This document shows, piece by piece, positions 1-11,350 of a DNA stretch of 64,000 bases. The position numbers and the translations under genes were made by a program. The stretch comes from Desulfobacterales bacterium (lineage in GTDB: Bacteria > Desulfobacterota > Desulfobacteria > Desulfobacterales > UBA11574): positions 13,013 to 77,012 of the forward strand of contig JAQYVT010000001.1 of assembly GCA_030145345.1 (NCBI GenBank), read 5' to 3'. The notes beneath the pieces were generated by a model. That model was not told the origin of the DNA. It searched no databases and worked only from the letters and a program-made list of their open reading frames with translations. Numbering within the stretch: the first letter of the stretch is position 1; each line of letters opens with the position of its first letter.

Positions 1-1
1 T

Positions 2-628
2 ATTTTAATTGTCGGATGCGGTGGCTGTGTCTCGGTATGTTTGGCCGGCGGCCAAAAAGAAACCAACACCCTTAAAGCCGATCTAAATATGCTGTATAAA
101 CAGGATAAAATAAGAAAAGGCCTCAAAACCTTTACCATCGAGCGTCAGTGCAATGTGCAGTTCTTGGCCGAATTAGATGAAATCGTTCAGGAATATGATT
201 GTCTGATATCCATGGCTTGTGGCGCGGGCGTACAGTATCTTGCAGAGCGGTTTGGGCAAAAACCGGTGTTCCCTGCCATCAATACCGATGCCATCGGCGT
301 TGACAGAGGCGTCGGGATATATGAAGAACAATGCCGGGCCTGCGGTGAATGCGTGTTGGCCTATACCGGCGGAATTTGTCCGGTAACACGATGTGCAAAA
401 GGGCTTTTCAATGGTCCCTGCGGCGGCACCAATAAAGGCATGTGTGAAGTCGATAATGACGTCCCGTGTGCTTGGCATGACATTTATGAACGCTTAAAAG
501 AACAGAACCGTCTGGATTGCATTTTAAACATTCAAACGCCGATGCAATGGCAGAATCAGGTTCAACGGACCATTGTCCAGGAACCCTATGAAAGCCGATA
601 CCGCCAAAACCGGCATAGCACTTCTTGA
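2..628 (+). CDS. MetV-like protein (methylenetetrahydrofolate reductase C-terminal domain family), 5' end cut by the window edge
   Basis: The frame is open from nt 2 (ILIVGCGGCVSVCLAGG...), so the ATG at 41 in the ORF track is internal. The Cys-rich core CRACGECVLAYTGGICPVTRCAKGLFNGPCGGTNKGMCEV fits the MTHFR_C/MetV pattern CP..C......GPCGG...G.CEV. Confidence 0.7.
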   Translation: MLIVGCGGCVSVCLAGGQKETNTLKADLNMLYKQDKIRKGLKTFTIERQCNVQFLAELDEIVQEYDCLISMACGAGVQYLAERFGQKPVFPAINTDAIGVDRGVGIYEEQCRACGECVLAYTGGICPVTRCAKGLFNGPCGGTNKGMCEVDNDVPCAWHDIYERLKEQNRLDCILNIQTPMQWQNQVQRTIVQEPYESRYRQNRHSTS

Positions 629-674
629 AAGAACGTTCAGGTAACCATGAAAGGGAATAATTTAAAGCGAGCGT

Positions 675-1391
675 GTGCATCCTATGGAACTCACCAATAT
701 TTTATCGGCTGACGTCATTTATGATTTGGCCAGAGGCCCCTTCGTGTGGATGTCCCTGGTCTTATGTATTGTCGGCACGATGGTTCGAACCCTTCAGCTC
801 ATATCGCTGACAAAAGTTGAAAAAAGAAACATCCGGATCCAGCGACCTGCGGCCATAAAACAAAAATCTAACCAAAATTTCTCAGCCAAGAACCTCTCCC
901 GGTTTTTTTCGGATCTAAAATTGACCATCATCGGAACCAGCCCGGTAACCATCGTGGTGAGCTGTATGTTCCATCTATGCCTGATCATCACACCGATTTT
1001 CCTGCTGGCCCATAACATTTTGATCGAAGAAGCGGTTGGATTCAGTCTGTTCTCTTTTTCAGAGCACTTTGCGGACAGGCTGACCTTCATATTCCTTATC
1101 TGTGCGGCCTATTTTTTAATTCGCCGGGTTTTTCTGCCGCGGCTGCGGGCAATTTCATCCGTCTACGATTATATCATCCTGGCTGTTACCACCGCACCGT
1201 TTCTCACAGGATATTTGGTATACGATCAAGTGTTCGATTATAAAATAATGATCATTCTGCACATGTTGGCCGGCGAACTCATGCTGATCGCAATTCCATT
1301 TACAAAAATCTACCATATGTTCTTTTTCTTTATCGGCAGATTCGTTCTCATACACCAGCATACCCTGGGAAAAGGCAGCCGAACCTGGTAA
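675..1391 (+). CDS. Integral membrane dihaem-b-type redox subunit (NarI/DsrM/HdrE-like)
   Basis: 238 aa with about five hydrophobic helices carrying His residues. The C-terminal IPFTKIYHMFFF resembles the PFSKL.H motif of the NarI-gamma/DsrM family. Flanked by MetV-like and Fe-S genes. Confidence 0.6.
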   Translation: MHPMELTNILSADVIYDLARGPFVWMSLVLCIVGTMVRTLQLISLTKVEKRNIRIQRPAAIKQKSNQNFSAKNLSRFFSDLKLTIIGTSPVTIVVSCMFHLCLIITPIFLLAHNILIEEAVGFSLFSFSEHFADRLTFIFLICAAYFLIRRVFLPRLRAISSVYDYIILAVTTAPFLTGYLVYDQVFDYKIMIILHMLAGELMLIAIPFTKIYHMFFFFIGRFVLIHQHTLGKGSRTW

Positions 1392-1456
1392 TTCCAAATG
1401 AATAGAAATGGATAGCAGATTCAATGGAATAGAAATAATTGACTTTGGAGTAAAAC

Positions 1457-1834
1457 ATGATTGAAGAACAAACAGCGGCTGTTGATATAACATTCATCAG
1501 AGACATGCTGGAAAAGAATAAAGGAAAAATGAAGCTTTCGCTGCGCGTATGCGCGCATTGCAGTCTGTGTGCCGAAAGTTGTTTTTTGTTCAACGCGTAC
1601 AATAACGATCCGAAATATATGCCTTCTTATAAGTTCATTCACTCCATCGGCACGCTTTATAAAAAGAAAGGCAAGGTCGATCGGTCGATGCTGGAAGAGA
1701 TCAGCATCAATATCTGGAAACGATGTGTTTTATGTACCCGTTGTTACTGCCCGTTTGGGATCGACATTCCAAGCATGATCGCCCTTGCCCGGAGCATATG
1801 CCGGTCTCAAGGTGTTTTCCCAAGATATGATTAA
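1457..1834 (+). CDS. Small 4Fe-4S dicluster protein (HdrC-like, or only the N-terminal ferredoxin domain of HdrD/DsrK/GlpC-type proteins)
   Basis: 125 aa with two cluster motifs, CAHCSLCAESC and CVLCTRCYCP. No CCG domain follows before the stop. Confidence 0.6.
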   Translation: MIEEQTAAVDITFIRDMLEKNKGKMKLSLRVCAHCSLCAESCFLFNAYNNDPKYMPSYKFIHSIGTLYKKKGKVDRSMLEEISINIWKRCVLCTRCYCPFGIDIPSMIALARSICRSQGVFPRYD

Positions 1835-1916
1835 GCGATCAAATTTGATCAAGCTATAACCTTAATTGAGGGAATATAAGTTAATTATTTCAGCTATCCA
1901 TTTCTTCTACGATGGA

Positions 1917-2384
1917 TTAAGGTATAAATTTTGAGGGAAGCGGCGGGTCATCCGTCAACCCCCGCCCCGGCTGAATCATCACCGTTGATGTTCCATGGGC
2001 CAGAATTTTCCCATCTTCATTTGCCACCTCGGCCTCTGCATATCCAAGGGTTTTACCCAGTTTGATCTGTCGCCCCTTTGCAACGAGCTTCCCGGACACG
2101 GCCGGTGCAAGGTAATTTAACTTGATATCCACTGTGGTTACCCCGGCATTTTGATCTTCAACGTCATAATAGACCGACCAAAAAGCAGCTGCATCGATGA
2201 TGGATGCAAAAACCCCGCCGTGCACCAGGCCGAAAGGCTGTAAATGTTTTGGGTTAATATCAATTTCCAGATGAGAAAATCCGATGCCCACGTCAAGAAT
2301 TTTCATGGAAAGCAATGAAAAGTAGGGCGAATTGTTCACGAGAAGGTTCACTCTTTCAACATACTCTGAATTAAGTCTTTTCAT
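1917..2384 (-). CDS. PaaI/4HBT-family hot-dog thioesterase
   Basis: 155 aa. The motif GLVHGGVFASIIDAA and the overall length are typical of PaaI-type acyl-CoA thioesterases. Confidence 0.8.
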   Translation of the reverse strand: MKRLNSEYVERVNLLVNNSPYFSLLSMKILDVGIGFSHLEIDINPKHLQPFGLVHGGVFASIIDAAAFWSVYYDVEDQNAGVTTVDIKLNYLAPAVSGKLVAKGRQIKLGKTLGYAEAEVANEDGKILAHGTSTVMIQPGRGLTDDPPLPSKFIP

Positions 2385-2569
2385 ACCACCTCATTTTAAG
2401 ATTATCATCGAAAACCGTCTTTTACTAACGAGTTCATTCATTATTCGATATTGATCAAACGCCCTTCATCGGCCCCCCACCCCATGGGTATCATTTTCAA
2501 AATAAAAGGTTTTCGATGCGAATCCGGTCGTGTTTGCATGGATTCTGAGCCGCAAAAATCATGATAGAT

Positions 2570-3997
2570 TTAAGATGCCCTTTCATCGTCAATGGCAATG
2601 TCTCCCTGATAGCGGGTTACGCCATGGGGAGTTTTGGCCGCTGAAAAATTAAACGGTTTGGTAAACAGGGGATCATCGTAGATTTGCCGCAGGAAATCGT
2701 CGCTAAAATTGGGATGGGCAATACTGGCGATGGCCAAGGCTTTGTTGCCCAGGGTCAAACCGCGCAGATCGGCAATTCCGTATTCTGTCACCAGAACAAC
2801 ACCGTCGTAGGCCGAGGCAGTCAGGCTGATTCCCGGTGGATGCATTAAGCTGATTTTGGATGCACCTTTGTGGGTCAGGCTTTTCATGGCAATAATCGGC
2901 GTACCGATGGAAGAATCGATGATGGCCCGAATAAAATCGGGCTGTCCGCCGACGCCGCTGTAGTACCGCCGGGGATCGATGAAATCGGCCCAGACATTGC
3001 CGAAAAGATCCACACCGATGGCGGTGTTTACGGATACGAAGGGGTGATTGAGACGAATGGTATGGGCCGCGTTGGTATAAGACGATGGCCGCATCTGAAC
3101 GCCTGAGCGCATGTGGACATAGTCATATAAGTCCCGGGAACCCATAATCAGGCTGGTGGTGCTGTAACCCATATTGACCTTCTTTTTTCGATTGGTAACG
3201 ATCCCTGATTTTTGCAAAAGCATCAGCCCGTCACCGTAAAGCTCGGTCTGGATCCCCAGATCCTTCGGATTTGCCTCTTTTATGGTGCCCACCACTGCAT
3301 CGGGTATTTTTCCGATGCCCACTTGGAGCGTAACCCCGTTCCGGATGAAGTGCTCGGTGATCAATGCGCCGATTCGGCGCTCTTCCGGTGACAAGTGCTC
3401 GAAATCCGGTGCTGGAAAGTCGTACACAGGTTTTATACCTTCTTCAACAAGGTAATCGATGGACCGGGCGTCTACAAGGCTCTGCCCCTGGGTAAACGGC
3501 ATGCTGGCGTCTATCTCTGCAATAACGATCTCGGCGTGATCGATGGCTGTATGTAGCGCTTCCACGGACAGCCCCAAGCTGTATTCACCGGTGCCCGGGT
3601 GCCGGCTTACCTTCATGATGACCACATCGGGTTCATATTTCTGCCCTTGGTTGATCAGACCGTCTAAATTCGCAAGGGTGCAGGGGAGATAAAAAGCCCG
3701 TCCCCGGTTGGCGGCCTCACGTACAGGCCCGCTGGAAAAAATTGAATACGTCATGATGCGGTCCTGAAGGCCTTCCTCCACATAGGGTACCGGCCCCTGC
3801 AACAGTATGTGAACCATTTTTAAGAACGGCAACCTCTGTGAGCCGGACGTTACCGCGTCGGTCAGCGCCTCGATGGAGGCCGTGGGCGTGGCTGCATTGG
3901 ATCCGATATAACAGGTAATCGCTTCCCGGCCTTTGAAGCCGGCGGCAATGACGCCGGCAATGTCGTCAAGCTGGATCGTTTTGGGAGAAAAATTCAT
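2570..3997 (-). CDS. Acetyl-CoA hydrolase/transferase family protein (4-hydroxybutyrate / acetate CoA-transferase-like)
   Basis: 475 aa. The family motif SGVGGQPDF and the two-domain length are typical of this family. Confidence 0.85.
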   Translation of the reverse strand: MNFSPKTIQLDDIAGVIAAGFKGREAITCYIGSNAATPTASIEALTDAVTSGSQRLPFLKMVHILLQGPVPYVEEGLQDRIMTYSIFSSGPVREAANRGRAFYLPCTLANLDGLINQGQKYEPDVVIMKVSRHPGTGEYSLGLSVEALHTAIDHAEIVIAEIDASMPFTQGQSLVDARSIDYLVEEGIKPVYDFPAPDFEHLSPEERRIGALITEHFIRNGVTLQVGIGKIPDAVVGTIKEANPKDLGIQTELYGDGLMLLQKSGIVTNRKKKVNMGYSTTSLIMGSRDLYDYVHMRSGVQMRPSSYTNAAHTIRLNHPFVSVNTAIGVDLFGNVWADFIDPRRYYSGVGGQPDFIRAIIDSSIGTPIIAMKSLTHKGASKISLMHPPGISLTASAYDGVVLVTEYGIADLRGLTLGNKALAIASIAHPNFSDDFLRQIYDDPLFTKPFNFSAAKTPHGVTRYQGDIAIDDERAS

Positions 3998-4291
3998 ACA
4001 TGACCTCTTTATAAGATGACCGCATTAAGGGCCGATGCCCAACTGCACCATACTGGAGATTTTCAATGATTGAAGCTCCCTGCAGCCCTGCAAGGCGGGT
4101 TTTCCGCCCCAGATAAACAGAAAAGACGATAATACCCCACCGTCTTCAATACCTGCCCGCCGTACAAGACTTTGGGAGGCGGGTCAAGGGCTCGCAGTAG
4201 ACGACGGCGGTCTATCCCGCAGGATCAGCGGGGTTTCATGTGTGTCTCGAATCTGGGGCATCCTCGACGTTCGCTCAATTAGGGAATAGGT

Positions 4292-4735
4292 TCAAGTTGT
4301 GGTTTTGTTGGGGGCCGAGCCTTTTTTCAGCTTTTTTTCCAGCTCAGCAAAAAGGTCCTTTTGTTTTTTTGCCTGTTCAGCCCGAAACAATTCTGCTTTT
4401 TGGGTCATATCTTTTCTTGAACTCTGAAATTTTTTAACGGCGTCCTCGAGGCTGTCCGCCTTTTTCTCCTTGGAGAGTTCTTCTATTTTTAAATGGTTGT
4501 TTAAAAATAGGCGGGTCCCGAAGGCGCCTTCAACGATTTCGATGATCCCTTTATCTTTTAGTTTTTTGCAGATAAAGTTGCCTTGCTCCAAAGAAAAAGA
4601 CAGGGTCTGGCAAATCTCATCGATAGAGGGGGGTCTTGAATTCTTGTGGGCAAAAATCCTTATGGCTGCAGCCACGAGATGTGCATTGGAATAAAAGTCA
4701 GAGTTTTGCATAACACGCGTTAAGCTCCGGATCAA
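4292..4735 (-). CDS. Hypothetical protein: possible winged-helix N-terminal half and charged coiled-coil C-terminal half
   Basis: 147-aa ORF with no competing ORF of better quality. The K/E-rich C-terminus has no recognisable catalytic motif. An alternative start lies at the internal Met (VMQNS). Confidence 0.55.
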   Translation of the reverse strand: MIRSLTRVMQNSDFYSNAHLVAAAIRIFAHKNSRPPSIDEICQTLSFSLEQGNFICKKLKDKGIIEIVEGAFGTRLFLNNHLKIEELSKEKKADSLEDAVKKFQSSRKDMTQKAELFRAEQAKKQKDLFAELEKKLKKGSAPNKTTT

Positions 4736-4838
4736 AAGAACCCGAATTTTCTTTTCCCTAAAAAGGGTTATGATTATAGAAAGTCAAGAGTTGTGTGTAC
4801 AAAATTTAACGGTATTAAAGATATCGGATGTCCTTTCC

Positions 4839-4867
4839 TTGACATTGAATTGTTAGAAGAGTAACAT
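4839..4867 (+). promoter_or_regulatory. Candidate sigma-70 promoter for eno
   Basis: TTGACA (4839-4844), a 17-nt spacer, then TAACAT (4862-4867), about 100 nt upstream of the eno ATG. Confidence 0.35.
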
Positions 4868-4972
4868 TTATTTTCAAATTGTCAACCCGGAAAAATGGAT
4901 TTGCATGGCTGAAATTTACATGCAATTTAAAGTCATTACAGAAATATTCAACATTTTTTACAGGAGAGAAAC

Positions 4973-6241
4973 ATGACAGAAATAATTGATGTCAAAGCAA
5001 GGGAAATTCTCGATTCAAGAGGCAATCCTACCGTTGAAGCCGATGTTCATGTTTCCTGCGGTGCCGTTGGCCGTGCGGCAGTCCCATCCGGCGCTTCCAC
5101 AGGAAAACGTGAGGCCTTGGAGCTTCGCGACAAGCGATCCAAGCGGTTCGGCGGCAAAGGCGTTGTCACGGCGGTTAAAAACGTGATCAATAAGATTGCA
5201 CCGGCTGTTTTCGGAATGGATGCCGCGGATCAGGTCGCATTGGACAACGCCATGATTAAACTGGACGGCACACCCAACAAGTCAAAACTGGGCGCCAATG
5301 CAATCCTTAGCGTATCGATGGCAGCTGCCAGAGCCGCTGCACAGGCCTATGGATTGCCCCTTTACAAATATCTGGGCGGCATCAATGCCAGATGCCTTCC
5401 CCTTCCCATGATGAATGTTATCAACGGCGGCGCCCATGCCGCCAACAATCTGGACATACAGGAATTTATGATCGTGCCCGTGGGCGCCAAATCCATCGCC
5501 CAGGCCGTTCAGATGGGAGCAGAAACCTTTCACGGCCTGAAAAAGATACTCAAAGACAAAGGTCTTAACACGGCGGTGGGGGATGAGGGCGGATTTGCAC
5601 CCGACTTTGAATCTCATGAAGAAGCCATCCAATTCATCATGGATGCCATTGAATCCGCCGGATACAAACCGGGTACCGATATCGGGCTTGCTTTGGATTG
5701 CGCTGCCAGCGAGTTCTACAAAAAAGGAACCTATACCCTTCATTCAGAAAACAAAAAAATGACCGCCGAAAAACTGATCGATTATTATGAGAATCTCATT
5801 GATAACTATCCGATCCTGAGTATTGAAGACGGGCTTGCGGAACAGGATTGGAAAGGCTGGGCACGGATGACCGACCGGCTGGAAGGCTCCATTCAGATTG
5901 TGGGCGATGATATTTTTGTGACCAATCCCAAGATCTTTAAAAAAGGGATCGAAAAAAGCATCGGCAACTCCATCTTGATAAAGCTGAATCAGATCGGGAC
6001 CGTTACCGAAACCCTCGATACCATTGAGATGGCAAAAAATGCCGGGTACACCACGGTGATATCTCACAGATCGGGTGAAACCGAAGACGACTTTATCTCA
6101 GATTTTGTCGTGGGTGTCAACGGCGGCCAGATAAAGACCGGTTCCATGTCCCGCAGCGACCGTATCTCCAAGTATAACCAGCTCATGAGGATTGAAGAAG
6201 AACTCGGGGATGGGGCCACGTTTGCAGATGAAATACTTTAG
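4973..6241 (+). CDS. eno: Enolase (phosphopyruvate hydratase)
   Basis: 422 aa. N-terminal [22 protein letters not shown] and the SHRSGETED motif are present. Confidence 0.98.
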   Translation: MTEIIDVKAREILDSRGNPTVEADVHVSCGAVGRAAVPSGASTGKREALELRDKRSKRFGGKGVVTAVKNVINKIAPAVFGMDAADQVALDNAMIKLDGTPNKSKLGANAILSVSMAAARAAAQAYGLPLYKYLGGINARCLPLPMMNVINGGAHAANNLDIQEFMIVPVGAKSIAQAVQMGAETFHGLKKILKDKGLNTAVGDEGGFAPDFESHEEAIQFIMDAIESAGYKPGTDIGLALDCAASEFYKKGTYTLHSENKKMTAEKLIDYYENLIDNYPILSIEDGLAEQDWKGWARMTDRLEGSIQIVGDDIFVTNPKIFKKGIEKSIGNSILIKLNQIGTVTETLDTIEMAKNAGYTTVISHRSGETEDDFISDFVVGVNGGQIKTGSMSRSDRISKYNQLMRIEEELGDGATFADEIL

Positions 6242-7094
6242 GTTTCTTCTACATCAACACCTGAAAAAGTCGTGGGTCATCTTCTTCGGCCTTTCCCTTT
6301 TGGCATGTTGCCCGGCCCCGGCACGGGCCTATGTCTTGCCGGGACCCTACATCCTCGAACTCATGACGCAGAATCTCGGCAAAGGCAAACGTCTTTTGGT
6401 AACGCAGAAATTGGTGCTGCTCAATGACACCCCGGACAAAAACCCGCTTGAACTCAGCGAAACTTTAAAGTATATTTTTCCGAATACGTTTCGTTCGGAT
6501 ATTTTATCAGAAAATATTCAACGAATTCACGTGTTATCCAGGGGCAGGGCCTTGACGGTCATTGACGGAAAGACTTCCGATGAAGCCGAAAACCCCTATG
6601 ATCACTACAAAGATCTTCTTCTTTTCAGATCCCGGAAGATGCTTCAAGAGCGGTTGTCCCATCTGGGTGTGGACCCAAAGGTTTCAAGTCTAGGGCGCTT
6701 TCAGGGCAAACCGGCATATGTTCTGGGTGCCCAATATCCGGATGAAACGGTTCCCCAAGTATGGTTGGACAAGAATACCTTCAGGCCCCTTCGCTGGATA
6801 ATTACAAGCCAAACACAGCAGCGCCTGGAAGTTCGATATTTACAGTGGAACAAGTTGAAGAACACCTGGTATCCAACGCGTATCGAGTTTATCGCCGATG
6901 GGAATTTGGTCCGGAAAATCCATGTGGAAAGCATCAAGGTGAACCCGTCTTTTGAAAAAAACCTTTTTGACATCGAACACCTTAAATCACGCTATCCCCG
7001 GGTTGAACCCACGGCGCCAGCGGGTCAAGACAAGAAAGAATCGACCAACGAAATTCAAAAAACCATTGAGGATTTCAAGAAAATATACAAATAA
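6228..7094 (+). CDS. Secreted hypothetical protein (possibly LolA-like fold)
   Basis: The ORF track starts at 6192, but MKYFRFLL...[11 protein letters not shown] at 6228 gives a plausible signal peptide. Overlaps the eno stop by 14 nt. No catalytic motif recognised. Confidence 0.6.
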   Translation: MKYFRFLLHQHLKKSWVIFFGLSLLACCPAPARAYVLPGPYILELMTQNLGKGKRLLVTQKLVLLNDTPDKNPLELSETLKYIFPNTFRSDILSENIQRIHVLSRGRALTVIDGKTSDEAENPYDHYKDLLLFRSRKMLQERLSHLGVDPKVSSLGRFQGKPAYVLGAQYPDETVPQVWLDKNTFRPLRWIITSQTQQRLEVRYLQWNKLKNTWYPTRIEFIADGNLVRKIHVESIKVNPSFEKNLFDIEHLKSRYPRVEPTAPAGQDKKESTNEIQKTIEDFKKIYK

Positions 7095-7126
7095 TCTGAA
7101 TCTCAAATCCGAACCTGAGGCACTGA

Positions 7127-8773
<1,647 letters not shown>

Positions 8774-8819
8774 TTGGATCGATATGGGGCATCAAGTCTT
8801 GGCCCGGTCTGCTCACCCG

Positions 8820-9638
8820 TCAGGTCGCCAAATCCCGATTCATGCGCCCCTGGCCATACCCTTCCAGATCCACAGCCACATGGAAAAATCCGATTTTCCT
8901 CAATTTTTCTACAATGACGGATCGCACTTTTCGATCGAGGAACCTTTCGATATCTCCGGTATCGACTTCTATCCGGGCGACGTTCCCATGCTTTCGAACG
9001 CGACAGCCCGTAAAACCGCAGCCCCATAAAACCTGTTCGGCCTGTTCCACCATTTTAAGGTCTTTTGGGGTTATGGGGGTTCCGTATGGAATTCTTGTGG
9101 CAAGGCATGCCATTGACGGCTTGTTCCAGGTGTTTAGGTTCATCTGCTTTGAAAGCCGGCGAATATCGTCCTTGGTGAGTCCTGCATCCACCAGCGGCGC
9201 CGTTATGCCCATCTCACGGGCAGCGGCAAACCCGGGACGGAAGTCATCAAAATCATCGACGTTCGCCCCATGGGCGACGTGTTCAATCCCCCTGTCCCGG
9301 GCAATTTTTAACAAATCCTCGCAGAGATATTTCTTGCACAAGTAACATCGATCCTTTGTGTTGGATCTAAATTCGAGGCGGCTCATTTCCCTCGATGGTA
9401 TGATGATATGCTCGACGCCCAGTTGTCGAGCGAAGGCGGTTGCCGATTGTCTTTCCCATTCTGGATGAACCGGCGAACTTGCGGTGACGGCAACCAGATT
9501 CTTTTTCAACGCTTTATGTGCCACGGCCAGGAGAAAAGAACTGTCAACGCCACCGGAGTATGCGATGACCAAAGCACCATATTCTTCTAAAATCGAAAAC
9601 AGATGATCTCTTTTTTTTGTTGCGGGGTTTTTATTCAT
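8820..9638 (-). CDS. larE: PP-loop ATP-utilising enzyme, LarE-like sulfur transferase family (TIGR00268-like)
   Basis: PP-loop AYSGGVDSSFLL and the MACLATRIPYG segment resemble the LarE active-site Cys region. The start was moved to MNKNPATKK (9638); the ORF track starts at 9668. Confidence 0.75.
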   Translation of the reverse strand: MNKNPATKKRDHLFSILEEYGALVIAYSGGVDSSFLLAVAHKALKKNLVAVTASSPVHPEWERQSATAFARQLGVEHIIIPSREMSRLEFRSNTKDRCYLCKKYLCEDLLKIARDRGIEHVAHGANVDDFDDFRPGFAAAREMGITAPLVDAGLTKDDIRRLSKQMNLNTWNKPSMACLATRIPYGTPITPKDLKMVEQAEQVLWGCGFTGCRVRKHGNVARIEVDTGDIERFLDRKVRSVIVEKLRKIGFFHVAVDLEGYGQGRMNRDLAT

Positions 9639-9746
9639 GATAAAAAAATGTTTACAAAACTTATGCATTCATATATACACATTTTCTTAATATAAATTAT
9701 TATTTACTATATACACTGTCACCCACAAATTCAAAGAGGTTTTTTT

Positions 9747-11066
9747 ATGGGAAAAAACAGCTTACTTAAATCGACCTCCAAAGCCAAGAAAAAGGCGCCT
9801 GCTAAAAAAAAGGCGGCCGCCAAAGCAGCTGCAAAGGCCAAAGCAAGTCCCAAAGCCAAAGCCCTCCCAAAGGCCAAAAAGGCACCCGCAGCCAAAACTA
9901 AAAAAACCGCCCCGAAAACAACCCAGAAGAAGGTTTCTGTGAAAGATCTCATGATGAAAAAGTTCGACCTTTGGAAACCTGAAACCCTCTATACCGTGAG
10001 CCCGGATGAAACCGATTCAAAGGATTTTGCTGCACCGCCTTTTTTCTCCGGCTCAGAAGAAGAAACCCGTCGGATCAAGGAACTGCTGCTGAAAAAATTT
10101 GATCTGGCGGAAATCAAAGCCGCTGGCGAAAAGGCCGCTGCTGAAAAGGCCGCTGCTGAAAAGGCCGCCGCTGAAAAGGCCGCCGCTGAAAAGGCCGCCG
10201 CTGAAAAGGCCGCTGCTGAAAAGGCCGCCGCTGAAAAGGCCGCTGCTGAAAAGGCCGCCGCCGAAAAGGCCGCCGCCGAAAAGGCCGCCGCTGAAAAGGC
10301 CGCCGCTGAAAAGGCCGCTGCTGAAAAGGCCGCCGCTGAAAAGGCCGCCGCTGAAAAGGCCGCTGCTGAAAAGGCCGCCGCTGAAAAGGCCGCCGAACCT
10401 GAGGTGTCTGTATCATACGAACCCCCCGATAGTGGGGACACCATAACCGATGATCCCATGGAAAAAGCCATGAAATATCTGGCCGCCGCTTTCGCGGTTC
10501 TTATCGCACTGGTTATCGGAACCAGCATGATAAACAAAAATAAATTTTACATTCATGCAACAGACGGTGCGCTTGAAATCTGGCAGGGAAGATTCGCCCC
10601 CATGGGCGAGGCATGTTTGATCACGCTCCCCGGAGTTCAACCACCTGAAACAATTAAAGATATTTATTCCAAATCAGACGCCTTTCCCCTTATTTTCAAT
10701 TACTATGTGGAAAAGGCAGATACCCTTTTGACGGTTCCGGGGTTGCCGGATTTTGACGGTATTAAAACGTATTTGAACACGGCGCTGGCATATGCGACAA
10801 CACCGGCCGCCAACGAAGCTGTTTTTAGCCGCTTAAACAACATCGAACTGATGATTCTTCTATACAAGGCGGATGTATCCGCCAGCAAACCCACCCTTTC
10901 CGATCTTAATCAAGCCAAAGGATTTCTTTCGGAAGCGGCAAGACTGGGTATCGATGACCTTAAAGTCGATTTGATCCATCAAAAAATGGATGCCGTGGAT
11001 CAACAGATTGCGGCCCTGAAGGCCAAACAGGCGGCGAAAAAATCTCCGGCAACGCCGGCCAAATAG
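9747..11066 (+). CDS. Membrane-anchored repeat protein: K/A/P-rich histone-H1-like tail, (EKAAA)n helix, one TM helix, C-terminal extracytoplasmic domain
   Basis: 439 aa with an RBS-less but clean ORF. N-terminal KAKKKAPAKKKAAAKAAAKAKASPKAKALPKAKKAPAAK; two copies of [VI]K[DE]L[ML][ML]KKFDL; about 18 EKAAA pentads; the hydrophobic segment YLAAAFAVLIALVIGTSMI. A strong terminator follows. Confidence 0.8.
   Translation: MGKNSLLKSTSKAKKKAPAKKKAAAKAAAKAKASPKAKALPKAKKAPAAKTKKTAPKTTQKKVSVKDLMMKKFDLWKPETLYTVSPDETDSKDFAAPPFFSGSEEETRRIKELLLKKFDLAEIKAAGEKAAAEKAAAEKAAAEKAAAEKAAAEKAAAEKAAAEKAAAEKAAAEKAAAEKAAAEKAAAEKAAAEKAAAEKAAAEKAAAEKAAAEKAAEPEVSVSYEPPDSGDTITDDPMEKAMKYLAAAFAVLIALVIGTSMINKNKFYIHATDGALEIWQGRFAPMGEACLITLPGVQPPETIKDIYSKSDAFPLIFNYYVEKADTLLTVPGLPDFDGIKTYLNTALAYATTPAANEAVFSRLNNIELMILLYKADVSASKPTLSDLNQAKGFLSEAARLGIDDLKVDLIHQKMDAVDQQIAALKAKQAAKKSPATPAK
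10116..10397 (+). repeat. 15-bp tandem repeat (AAG GCC GCY GCY GAA), 17 complete units plus degenerate first and last units
   Basis: Read directly from the sequence. Units differ only at the third positions of two Ala codons (GCT/GCC). In frame within CDS 9747-11066. Confidence 0.95.
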
Positions 11067-11090
11067 ATTGTTTATAAACAAACCCGATAA

Positions 11091-11136
11091 AAAAGCGGAT
11101 AGCGGTTAATAAAAACCGCGGTCCGCTTTTTCTTTT
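11091..11136 (+). terminator. Rho-independent terminator after the repeat-protein gene
   Basis: AAGCGGA-TA-GCGGTT / AACCGC-GG-TCCGCTT form a 7+6-bp stem, followed by TTTCTTTTCTC. Confidence 0.65.
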
Positions 11137-11234
11137 CTCAAAAACTCCCCAGGCCATCTCTTTACGATTCTGATATTCCAATTGTGAAGAGACGTGGTGC
11201 CGGGTTCTTTCTATTTCCGCCGGCGCCTTTTCAC

Positions 11235-11263
11235 TTGACTCAAAAACCCGAATCTCTTATGTT
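11235..11263 (+). promoter_or_regulatory. Candidate sigma-70 promoter for the opp-like operon
   Basis: TTGACT (11235-11240), a 17-nt spacer, then TATGTT (11258-11263), about 85 nt upstream of the ATG at 11351. Confidence 0.3.
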
Positions 11264-11350
11264 TATGTTTCAACAATAATTATCCTTTAAAAACATTTAG
11301 TTAGCTCAAACAACCTGTTGTTGGAATTCATACAATAAGCGGCTGTTATC

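Noticed and set aside
3998-4291. GC-rich, hairpin-rich 294-bp spacer upstream of the CoA-transferase gene; considered as SRP RNA, 6S RNA, tmRNA, RNase P RNA or a riboswitch.
   Set aside because: None of the conserved cores I know is present (SRP GGAAGCAGCC, RNase P GGAAAGTCCGGGC, tmRNA ends, B12 box). It most likely holds the terminator of the 4292-4735 gene (AAGACG...CGTCTT followed by TTCTGTTT on the minus strand) plus a promoter. A cmscan could revisit this.
10116-10397. Whether the regular repeat could be a CRISPR array.
   Set aside because: The units are 15 bp, contiguous with no spacers, in frame and coding. No cas genes or leader are present.
9989-10537. Three extra ORFs across the 15-bp repeat: 9989-10537 (-), 10099-10446 (+) and 10114-10416 (-), encoding AAFS, KRPPL or RRPFQ repeats.
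   Set aside because: Any frame of a perfect 15-bp array stays open. Only the frame of CDS 9747-11066 connects to a sensible N-terminus, TM helix, C-terminal domain and terminator.
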